Source: Eledone cirrhosa (Eukaryota). From it: a DNA stretch of 64,000 nt. The notes under the pieces were generated by a model. It had not been told where the DNA came from. It searched no databases and was given only the letters and a program-made list of their open reading frames with translations. This document shows, in pieces, positions 25,001 through 35,400 of the stretch (positions are counted from its first letter, which is position 1; every line of letters starts with the position of its first letter). The stretch lies in the NCBI GenBank assembly GCA_964016885.1, contig OZ024743.1, positions 134,726,001 through 134,790,000 on the forward strand, in the 5' to 3' direction. The position numbers and the translations under genes were made by a program.

Positions 25001-28000
25001 GTTCTTGGTGTTTGGTGCTTGGGGCTTGGTGATTGGTGTTTAGGGCTTGGTGCTTGGTATTTGGTGCTTGGTCTTTGGTGCTTGGTGTCTGGTGCTTGGT
25101 GCTTGGTGCTTGGTGTTTGGTGCTTGGTGCTTGGCGTTTGGTGCTTGGTGCTTCATGCTTGGTGTTTGGTGCTTGGTGCTTGGTGTTTGGTGTTTAGTGC
25201 TTGGTGCTTGCTGATTGGCGCTTGTTGCTTGGTGCTTGGTGTTTGGTGCTTGGTGTTTGGTGTTTGCTGTTTGCTGTTTGCTGTTTGCTGTTTGGTGTTT
25301 GCTGTTTGGTGTTTGCTGTTTGGTGTTTGCTGTTTGGTGTTTGCTGTTTGGTGTTTGGTGTTTGGTGTTTGCTGTTTGGTGTTTGGTGTTTGGTGTTTGG
25401 TGTTTGCTGTTTGGTGTTTCGTGTTTGGTGTTTGGTGATTGGTGTTTGCTGTTTGGTGTTTGGTATTTGGTGTTTGGTGCTTGGTGCTTGGTGCTTGGTG
25501 CTTGGTGTTTGGTGTTTGGCGCTTGGTGCTTGGTGTTTTGTGCTTGGTGCTTGGTGCTTGGTGTTTGGTGTTTGGTGTTTGTGTTTGCTGTTTGGCGTTT
25601 GCTGTTTGGTGTTTGCTGTTTGGTGTTTGCTGGTTGGTGTTTGGTGTTTGCTGTTTGCTGTTTGGTGTTTGCTGTTTGGTGTTTGATATTTGGTGTTTGG
25701 TGTTTGCTGTTTGGAGTTTGTTGTTTAGTGTTTGCTGTTTGGTGTTTGGTGCTTGGTGTTTGGTACTTGGGGCTTGGTGATTGGTTTTTGGTGTTTGGTG
25801 CTTCGTGCTTGGTGTTTGGTGTCTGGTGCTTGGTGCTTGGTGCTTGGTGCTTGGTGTTTGGTGTTTGTTGCTTGGGGCTTGGTGATTGGTGTTTGGTGCT
25901 TGGTGCTTTGTGCTTGGTGCTTGGTGTTTGGTGCTTGGTGTTTGGTGCTTGGTGCTTGGTGCTAGGAGTTTGGTGTTTGGTGTTTGGCGCTTGGTGCTTG
26001 GTGTTTGGTGATTGCTGCTTGGTGTTTGGTGTTTGGTGCTTGGTGCTTGGTGTTTGGTGTTTGGTGCTTGGCACTTGGTGTTTGGTGTTTGGTGCTTGGC
26101 GTTTGCTGTTTGGCGTTTGGGGTTTGGCATTTCCTGTTTGGCGTATGGGGTTTGGCATTTGCTTTTTGGCGTTTGCTGTTTGGTGTTTGGTGCTTGGTGG
26201 TTGGTGTTTTGTACTTGGTGTTTGGTGTTTGGGGTTTGGTGCTTGGTGCTAGGTGTTTGGTGTTTGGTGCTTGGCGTTTGCTGTTTGGCATTTGGGGTTT
26301 GGCATTTGCTGTTTGGCGTTTGGGGTTTGGCGTTTGCTTTTTGGCGTTTGCTGTTTGGTGTTTGGTGTTTGGTCTTTGCTGTTTGGTGTTTGCTGTTTGG
26401 TGTTTGTGGTTTGGTGTTTGGTGTTTGGTGTTTGCTGGTTGGTGTTTGGTGTTTGGTGTTTGCTGTTTGGTGTTTGCTGTTTGGTCCTTGGTGTTTGGTG
26501 CTTGGTGCCTGCTTCTTGGTGCTTGGTGTTTGGTGCTTGGTGCTTGGTGCTTGGTGCTTGATGCTTGGTGCTTGGTGCTTGGTGTTTAGTGCTTGGTGCT
26601 TGGTTTTTGGTGTTTTGGTGCTTGGTGCTTGGTGTTTGGTGCTTGGTGTTTGGTGCTTGGTGTTTGGTGTTTGGTGCGTGGTACTTGGTGCTTGGTGTTT
26701 GGTGTTTGGTGCTTGGTGCTTGGTGCTTGGTATCTGGTGCTTGGTGCTTGGTGCTTGGTGTTTGGTGCTTGTTGTTTGGTGCTTGGTTTTTGGTGTCTGG
26801 TGCTTGGTGCTTGGTGTTTGGTGCCTGGTGCTTGGTGCTTGGTGTTTGGTGCTTGGTGCTTGCTGCTTGGTGTTTGGTGTTTAGTGCTTGGTGCTTGGTG
26901 TTTGGTGTTTGGTGCTTGGTGCTTGGTGTTTGGTGTTTGGTGCTTGGTGCTTGGTGTTTGGTGTTTGGTGTTTGGTGTTTTCTGTTTGCTGTTTGGTGAT
27001 TCGTGATTGGTGTTTGATGTTTGGTGTTTGGTGTTGGGTGTTTGGTGCTTGGGGCTTGGTGTTTGCTCTTTGGTGCTTGGTGCTTGGTGTTTGGTGTTTG
27101 GTGCTTGGTGCTTGGTGTTTGGTGTTTGGTGCTTGGCGCTTGGTGTTTGGTGTTTGGTGCTTGGCGTTTGCTGTTTGGCGTTTGGGGCTTGGCGTTTGCT
27201 TTTTGGCGTTTGCTATTTGGTGTTTGGTGTTTGGTGTTTGCTGTTTGGTGTTTGGTGTTTGGTGTTTGCTGGTTGGTGTTTGGTGCTTGGTGCTTGGTGT
27301 TTGGTGCTTGGTGCTTGGTGCTTGGTGCTTGGTGTTTGGTGCTTGGTGTTTGGTGCTTGGTGTTTGGTGCTTGGTGCTTGGTGCTTGGTGTTTGGTGTTT
27401 AGTGCTTGGTGCTTGGTGTTTGGTGCTTGGTGCTTGGTGTTTGGTGTTTGGTGCTTGGTGCTTGGTGTTTGGTGTTTGGTGCTTGGTGCTTGGTGTTTGG
27501 TGTTTGGTGCTTGGTGCTTACTGTTTGGCGTTTGGTGTTTGGCGTTTGCTGTTTGGCGTTTGGTGTTTGGCGTTTGATGTTTGGCGTTTGCTGTTTGGTG
27601 TTTGGTGTTTGGTGTTTGCTGGTTGGTGTTTGGTGTTTGCTGTTTGGTGTTTGCTGTTTGGTGTTTGGTGTTTGCTGTTTGGTGTTTGGTGTTTGGAGTT
27701 TGCTGTTTGCTGTTTGGTGTTTGGTGTTTGGTGTTTGGTGTTTGGTGCTTGGTGCTTGGTGCTTGGTGCTTGGTATTTGGTGCTTGGTGCTTGGTGTTTG
27801 GTGTTTGGCGCTTGGTGCTTGGTGTTTCAGGCTTGGTGCTTGGTGTTTGGTGTTTGGTGCTTGGTGTTTGGTCCTTGGAGCTTGGTGCTTGGTTTTTGGT
27901 GCTTGGTATTTGGTGCTTGGTGCTTTGTGTCTGGTGCTTGGTGTTTGGTGCTTGGTGTTTGGGGCTTGGTGCTTGGTGCTTGGTGTTTGGTGCTTGGTGC

Positions 28001-31000
28001 TTGGTGCTTGGTGCTAGGTGCTAGGTGTTTGGTGTTTGGTGCTTGGTGCTTAGTGTTTGGTCTTTGGTGCTTGGTGCTTGGTGTTTGGTGATTGGTGCAT
28101 GGTGCTTGGTGCTTGGTGTTTGGTGTTTGGTGCTTGGTGCTTGGTGTTTGGTGCTTGCGATTTGGTGCTTGGTGCTTGGTGTTTGGTGTTTGGAGTTTGG
28201 TACTTGGTGCTTGGTGCTTGGTGTTTGGTGTTTAGTGATTGGTGCTGGGTTCTTGGTGTTTGGTGCTTGGTGCTTGGTGATTGGTGTTTGGTGCTTGGTG
28301 CTTGGTATTTGCTGCTTGGTCTTTGGTGCTTGGTGTTTGGTGCATGGTGCTTGGTGCTTGGTGTTTGGTGCTTGGTGCTTGGCGTTTGGTGCTTGGTGCT
28401 TGATGCTTGGTGTTTGGTCCATGGTGCTTGGTGCTTGGTGTTTGGTGTTTAGTGCTTGGTGCTTGGTGATTGGTGCTTGTTGCTTGGTGCTTGGTGTTTG
28501 GTGCTTGGTGTTTGCTGGTTGGTGTTTGGTGTTTGCTGTTTGCTGTTTTGTGTTTGCTGTTTGGTGTTTGGTGTTTGCTGTTTGGTGTTTGGTGTTTGGA
28601 GTTTGCTGTTTGCTGTTTAGTGTTTGGTGTTTGGTGTTTGCTGGTTGGTGTTTGGTGTTTGGTGTTTGCTGTTTGGTGTTTGCTGTTTGGTGCTTGGTGT
28701 TTGGTGTTTGGTGCTTGGTGCTTGGTGTTTGGTGTTTGGTGCTTGGTGCTTGGTGTTTGGTGTTTGGTGCTTGGTGTTTGCTGTTTGGTGCTTGATGATT
28801 GGTGTTTGGTGCTTGGTGCTTGGTGCTTGGTGCTTGATGCTTGCTGTTTGGTGCTTGGTGTTTGGTGTTTGGTGCTTGGTGCTTGGTGTTTGGTGTTTTG
28901 GTGCTTGGTTCTTGGTTTTTGGTGTTTTGGTGCTTGGTTCTTGGTGTTTGGTGCTTCGTGCTTGGTGCATGGTGTTTGGTGCTTGGTGCTTGGTGCTTGG
29001 TGCTAGGTGTTTGGTGTTTGGTGCTTGGTGCTTGGTGTTTGGTCTTTGGTGCTTGGTGCTTGGTTCTGGGTGCTTGGTGCTTGGTGCTTGGTGTTTGGTG
29101 CTTGGGGCTTGGTGATTGGTGTTTGGTGTTTGCTGTTTGGTGTTTGCTGTTTGGTGTTTGTGGTTTGGTGTTTGGTGTTTGGTGTTTGCTGGTTGGTGTT
29201 TGGTGTTTGGTGTTTGCTGTTTGGTGTTTGCTGTTTGGTGCTTGGTGTTTGGTGTTTGGTGCTTGGTGCTTGGTGTTTGGTGTTTGGTGCTTGGTGCTTG
29301 GTGTTTGGTGCTTGGTGTTTGCTGTTTGGTGCCTGGTGCTTGGTGCTTCGTGTTTGGTGCTTGGTGCTTGGTGCTTGGTGCTTGATGCTTGGTGCTTGGT
29401 GCTTGGTGTTTAGTGCTTGGTGCTTGGTTTTTGGTGTTTTGGTGCTTGGTTCTTGGTGTTTGGTGCTTGGGGCTTGGTGATTGGTGTTTAGGGCTTGGTG
29501 CTTGGTATTTGGTGCTTGGTCTTTGGTGCTTGGTGTCTGGTGCTTGGTGCTTGGTGCTTGGTGTTTGGTGCTTGGTGCTTGGCGTTTGGTGCTTGGTGCT
29601 TCATGCTTGGTGTTTGGTGCTTGGTGCTTGGTGTTTGGTGTTTAGTGCTTGGTGCTTGCTGATTGGCGCTTGTTGCTTGGTGCTTGGTGTTTGGTGCTTG
29701 GTGTTTGGTGTTTGCTGTTTGCTGTTTGCTGTTTGCTGTTTGGTGTTTGCTGTTTGGTGTTTGCTGTTTGGTGTTTGCTGTTTGGTGTTTGCTGTTTGGT
29801 GTTTGGTGTTTGGTGTTTGCTGTTTGGTGTTTGGTGTTTGGTGTTTGGTGTTTGCTGTTTGGTGTTTCGTGTTTGGTGTTTGGTGATTGGTGTTTGCTGT
29901 TTGGTGTTTGGTGTTTGGTGTTTGGTGCTTGGTGCTTGGTGCTTGGTGCTTGGTGTTTGGTGTTTGGCGCTTGGTGCTTGGTGTTTTGTGCTTGGTGCTT
30001 GGTGCTTGGTGTTTGGTGTTTGGTGTTTGTGTTTGCTGTTTGGCGTTTGCTGTTTGGTGTTTGCTGTTTGGTGTTTGCTGGTTGGTGTTTGGTGTTTGCT
30101 GTTTGCTGTTTGGTGTTTGCTGTTTGGTGTTTGATATTTGGTGTTTGGTGTTTGCTGTTTGGAGTTTGTTGTTTAGTGTTTGCTGTTTGGTGTTTGGTGC
30201 TTGGTGTTTGGTACTTGGGGCTTGGTGATTGGTTTTTGGTGTTTGGTGCTTCGTGCTTGGTGTTTGGTGTCTGGTGCTTGGTGCTTGGTGCTTGGTGCTT
30301 GGTGTTTGGTGTTTGTTGCTTGGGGCTTGGTGATTGGTGTTTGGTGCTTGGTGCTTTGTGCTTGGTGCTTGGTGTTTTGTGCTTGGTGTTTGGTGCTTGG
30401 TGCTTGGTGCTAGGAGTTTGGTGTTTGGTGTTTGGCGCTTGGTGCTTGGTGTTTGGTGATTGCTGCTTGGTGTTTGGTGTTTGGTGCTTGGTGCTTGGTG
30501 TTTGGTGTTTGGTGCTTGGCACTTGGTGTTTGGTGTTTGGTGCTTGGCGTTTGCTGTTTGGCGTTTGGGGTTTGGCATTTCCTGTTTGGCGTATGGGGTT
30601 TGGCATTTGCTTTTTGGCGTTTGCTGTTTGGTGTTTGGTGCTTGGTGGTTGGTGTTTTGTACTTGGTGTTTGGTGTTTGGGGTTTGGTGCTTGGTGCTAG
30701 GTGTTTGGTGTTTGGTGCTTGGCGTTTGCTGTTTGGCATTTGGGGTTTGGCATTTGCTGTTTGGCGTTTGGGGTTTGGCGTTTGCTTTTTGGCGTTTGCT
30801 GTTTGGTGTTTGGTGTTTGGTCTTTGCTGTTTGGTGTTTGCTGTTTGGTGTTTGTGGTTTGGTGTTTGGTGTTTGGTGTTTGCTGGTTGGTGTTTGGTGT
30901 TTGGTGTTTGCTGTTTGGTGTTTGCTGTTTGGTCCTTGGTGTTTGGTGCTTGGTGCCTGCTTCTTGGTGCTTGGTGTTTGGTGCTTGGTGCTTGGTGCTT

Positions 31001-33060
31001 GGTGCTTGATGCTTGGTGCTTGGTGCTTGGTGTTTAGTGCTTGGTGCTTGGTTTTTGGTGTTTTGGTGCTTGGTGCTTGGTGTTTGGTGCTTGGTGTTTG
31101 GTGCTTGGTGTTTGGTGTTTGGTGCGTGGTACTTGGTGCTTGGTGTTTGGTGTTTGGTGCTTGGTGCTTGGTGCTTGGTATCTGGTGCTTGGTACTTGGT
31201 GCTTGGTGTTTGGTGCTTGTTGTTTGGTGCTTGGTTTTTGGTGTCTGGTGCTTGGTGCTTGGTGTTTGGTGCCTGGTGCTTGGTGCTTGGTGTTTGGTGC
31301 TTGGTGCTTGCTGCTTGGTGTTTGGTGTTTAGTGCTTGGTGCTTGGTGTTTGGTGTTTGGTGCTTGGTGCTTGGTGTTTGGTGTTTGGTGCTTGGTGCTT
31401 GGTGTTTGGTGTTTGGTGTTTTCTGTTTGCTGTTTGGTGATTCGTGATTGGTGTTTGATGTTTGGTGTTTGGTGTTGGGTGTTTGGTGCTTGGGGCTTGG
31501 TGTTTGCTCTTTGGTGCTTGGTGCTTGGTGTTTGGTGTTTGGTGCTTGGTGCTTGGTGTTTGGTGTTTGGTGCTTGGCGCTTGGTGTTTGGTGTTTGGTG
31601 CTTGGCGTTTGCTGTTTGGCGTTTGGGGCTTGGCGTTTGCTTTTTGGCGTTTGCTATTTGGTGTTTGGTGTTTGGTGTTTGCTGTTTGGTGTTTGGTGTT
31701 TGGTGTTTGCTGGTTGGTGTTTGGTGCTTGGTGCTTGGTGTTTGGTGCTTGGTGCTTGGTGCTTGGTGCTTGGTGTTTGGTGCTTGGTGTTTGGTGCTTG
31801 GTGTTTGGTGCTTGGTGCTTGGTGCTTGGTGTTTGGTGTTTAGTGCTTGGTGCTTGGTGTTTGGTGCTTGGTGCTCGGTGTTTGGTGTTTGGTGCTTGGT
31901 GCTTGGTGTTTGGTGTTTGGTGCTTGGTGCTTGGTGTTTGGTGTTTGGTGCTTGGTGCTTACTGTTTGGCGTTTGGTGTTTGGCGTTTGCTGTTTGGCGT
32001 TTGGTGTTTGGCGTTTGATGTTTGGCGTTTGCTGTTTGGTGTTTGGTGTTTGGTGTTTGCTGGTTGGTGTTTGGTGTTTGCTGTTTGGTGTTTGCTGTTT
32101 GGTGTTTGGTGTTTGCTGTTTGGTGTTTGGTGTTTGGAGTTTGCTGTTTGCTGTTTGGTGTTTGGTGTTTGGTGTTTGGTGTTTGGTGCTTGGTGCTTGG
32201 TGCTTGGTGCTTGGTATTTGGTGCTTGGTGCTTGGTGTTTGGTGTTTGGCGCTTGGTGCTTGGTGTTTCAGGCTTGGTGCTTGGTGTTTGGTGTTTGGTG
32301 CTTGGTGTTTGGTCCTTGGAGCTTGGTGCTTGGTTTTTGGTGCTTGGTATTTGGTGCTTGGTGCTTCGTGTCTGGTGCTTGGTGTTTGGTGCTTGGTGTT
32401 TGGGGCTTGGTGCTTGGTGCTTGGTGTTTGGTGCTTGGTGCTTGGTGCTTGGTGCTAGGTGCTTGGTGTTTGGTGTTTGGTGCTTGGTGCTTAGTGTTTG
32501 GTCTTTGGTGCTTGGTGCTTGGTGTTTGGTGATTGGTGCATGGTGCTTGGTGCTTGGTGTTTGGTGTTTGGTGCTTGGTGCTTGGTGTTTGGTGCTTGCG
32601 ATTTGGTGCTTGGTGCTTGGTGTTTGGTGTTTGGAGTTTGGTACTTGGTGCTTGGTGCTTGGTGTTTGGTGTTTAGTGATTGGTGCTGGGTTCTTGGTGT
32701 TTGGTGCTTGGTGCTTGGTGATTGGTGTTTGGTGCTTGGTGCTTGGTATTTGCTGCTTGGTCTTTGGTGCTTGGTGTTTGGTGCATGGTGCTTGGTGCTT
32801 GGTGTTTGGTGCTTGGTGCTTGGCGTTTGGTGCTTGGTGCTTGATGCTTGGTGTTTGGTCCATGGTGCTTGGTGCTTGGTGTTTGGTGTTTAGTGCTTGG
32901 TGCTTGGTGATTGGTGCTTGTTGCTTGGTGCTTGGTGTTTGGTGCTTGGTGTTTGCTGGTTGGTGTTTGGTGTTTGCTGTTTGCTGTTTTGTGTTTGCTG
33001 TTTGGTGTTTGGTGTTTGCTGTTTGGTGTTTGGTTTTTGGAGTTTGTGTTTGCTGTTTAG
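24170..33060 (+). repeat. 4448-bp tandem segmental duplication (two copies, a few SNPs and one 7-bp indel)
   Basis: ORF pairs 24393/28841, 25040/29488, 25984/30432 and 26593/31041 are offset by 4448. Pairs 27007/31448, 27406/31847 and 28057/32498 are offset by 4441. Confidence 0.88.
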
Positions 33061-35365
33061 TGTTTGGTGTTTGGTGTTTGGTGCTTGGTGCTTGGTGCTT
33101 GGTGCTTGGTATTTGGTGCTTGGTGCTTGGTGTTTGGTGTTTGGCGCTTGGTGCTTGGTGTTTCATGCTTGGTGCTTGGTGTTTGGTGTTTGGTGCTTGG
33201 TGTTTGGTCCTTGGAGCTTGGTGCTTGGTTTTTGGTGCTTGGTATTTGGTGCTTGGTGCTTCGTGTCTGGTGCTTGGTGCTTGGTATTTGGTGTTTGGTG
33301 CTTGGTGCTTGGTGTTTGGTGTTTGGTGCTTGGTGCTTGGTGTTTGGTGTTTGGTGTTTGGTGTTTGCTGTTTGCTGTTTGGTGATTCGTGATTGGTGTT
33401 TGATGTTTGGTGTTTGGTGTTGGGTGTTTGGTGCTTGGGGCTTGGTGTTTGCTCTTTGGTGCTAGGTGCTTGGTGTTTGGTGTTTGGTGCTTGGTGCTTG
33501 GTGTTTGGTGTTTGGTGCTTGGCGCTTGGTGTTTGGTGTTTGGTGCTTGGCGTTTGCTGTTTGGCGTTTGGGGTTTGGCGTTTGCTTTTTGGCGTTTGCT
33601 ATTTGGTGTTTGGTGTTTTGTGTTTGCTGTTTGGTGTTTGGTGTTTGGTGTTTGCTGGTTCGTGTTTAGTGCTTGGTGCTTGGTGTTTGGTGCTTGGTGC
33701 TTGGTGCTTGGTGTTTGGGGCTTGGTGCTTGGTGCTTGGTGTTTGGTGTTTAGTGCTTGGTGCTTGGTGTTTGGTGTTTGGTGCTTGGTGCTTGGTGTTT
33801 GGTGTTTGGTGCTTGGTGCTTGGTGTTTGGTGTTTGGTGCTTGGTGCTTACTGTTTGGCGTTTGGTGTTTGGCGTTTGCTGTTTGGCGTTTGCTGTTTGG
33901 TGTTTGGTGTTTGGTGTTTGCTGGTTGGTGTTTGGTGTTTGCTGTTTGGTGTTTGCTGTTTGGTGTTTGGTGTTTGCTGTTTGGTGTTTGGTGTTTGGAG
34001 TTTGCTGTTTGCTGTTTTGTGTTTGGTGTTTGGTGTTTGGTGTTTGGTGCTTGGTGCTTGGTGCTTGGTGCTTGGTATTTGGTGCTTGGTGCTTGGTGTT
34101 TGGTGTTTGGCGCTTGGTGCTTGGTGTTTCATGCTTGGTGCTTGGTGTTTGGTGTTTGGTGCTTGGTGTTTGGTCCTTGGAGCTTGGTGCTTGGTTTTTG
34201 GTGCTTGGTATTTGGTGCTTGGTGCTTCGTGTCTGGTGCTTGGTGTTTGGTGCTTGGTGTTTGGGGCTTGGTGCTTGGTGCTTGGTGTTTGGTGCTTGGT
34301 GCTTGGTGCTTGGTGCTGGGTGCTTGGTGTTTGGTGTTTGGTGCTTGGTGCTTAGTGTTTGGTGTTTGGTGCTTGGTGCTTGGTGTTTGGTGATTGGTGC
34401 ATGGTGCTTGGTGCTTGGTGTTTGGTGTTTGGTGCTTGGTGCTTGGTGTTTGGTGCTTGCGATTTGGTGCTTGGTGCTTGGTGTTTGGTGTTTGGAGTTT
34501 GGTACTTGGTGCTTGGTGCTTGGTGCTTGGTGTTTGGTGTTTAGTGATTGGTGCTGGGTTCTTGGTGTTTGGTGCTTGGTGCTTGGTGATTGGTGTTTGG
34601 TGCTTGGTGCTTGGTATTTGGTGCTTGGTCTTTGGTGCTTGGTGTTTGGTGCATGGTGCTTGGTGCTTGGTGTTTGGTGCTTGGTGCTTGGCGTTTGGTG
34701 CTTGGTGCTTGATGCTTGGTGTTTGGTCCATGGTGCTTGGTGCTTGGTGTTTGGTGTTTAGTGCTTGGTGCTTGGTGATTGGTGCTTGTTGCTTGGTGCT
34801 TGGTGTTTGGTGCTTGGTGTTTGCTGGTTGGTGTTTGGTGTTTGCTGTTTGCTGTTTGGTGTTTGCTGTTTGGTGTTTGGTGTTTGCTGTTTGGTGTTTG
34901 GTGTTTGGAGTTTGCTGTTTGCTGTTTGGTGTTTGGTGTTTGGTGTTTGGTGCTTGGTGCTTGGTGCTTGGTGCTTGGTATTTGGTGCTTGGTGCTTGGT
35001 GTTTGGTGTTTGGCGCTTGGTGCTTGGTGTTTCATGCTTGGTGCTTGGTGTTTGGTGTTTGGTGCTTGGTGTTTGGTCCTTGGAGCTTGGTGCTTGGTTT
35101 TTGGTGCTTGGTATTTGGTGCTTGGTGCTTCGTGTCTGGTGCTTGGTGTTTGGTGCTTGGAGTTTGGTGCTTGGTGCTTGGTGCTTGGTGTTTGGTGCTT
35201 GGTGCTTGGTGCTTGGTGCTTGGTATTTGGTGTTTGGTGCTTGGTGCTTGGTGTTTGGTGTTTGGTGCTTGGTGCTTGGTGTTTGGTGTTTGGTGTTTGG
35301 TGTTTGCTGTTTGCTGTTTGGTGATTCGTGATTGGTGTTTGATGTTTGGTGTTTGGTGTTGGGTG
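31438..35365 (+). repeat. ~1.94 kb higher-order repeat next to the junction
   Basis: The marker GTGATTCGTGATTGG occurs at ~26996, ~31437, ~33382 and ~35321. ORF starts 31448, 33393 and 35332 give offsets of 1945 and 1939. The last copy is cut by the junction. Confidence 0.75.
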
Positions 35366-35400
35366 CAAACACCAAACACGAAACAGCAAACACCATACAG
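35341..35400. other. Orientation-switch junction between the two satellite arms
   Basis: ...GATGTTTGGTGTTTGGTGTTGGGT[G]CAAACACCAAACACGAAACAGC... The left flank matches the left-arm motif GTGTTGGGTG|TTTGG (~27031, ~31473, ~33417). The right flank matches the right-arm motif AAACA|GCAAACACCAAACACGAAACAGCAAACACCATACAG (~38971, ~42052). Only G35365 is shared and no bases are inserted. Confidence 0.95.

Larger units (their letters stand above)
1..35365 (+). repeat. 7-bp tandem satellite, left arm, consensus (T/C)TTGGTG, G/T-rich strand on +
   Basis: Continuous TTTGGTG/CTTGGTG units from base 1 to 35365 with scattered variants (TTTGCTG, ATTGGTG, TTTAGTG, TTTGGCG, CTTGATG) and occasional 6- or 8-bp units. 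A is very rare on +. About 5,000 monomers (35365/7); the array is open at the left window edge. Confidence 0.99.

Noticed and set aside
35365-35366. Fold-back chimeric read or perfect palindrome
   Set aside because: The flanks are not mirror images beyond the monomer level and carry different diagnostic variants. A misjoin of two different arrays is still possible without read data.
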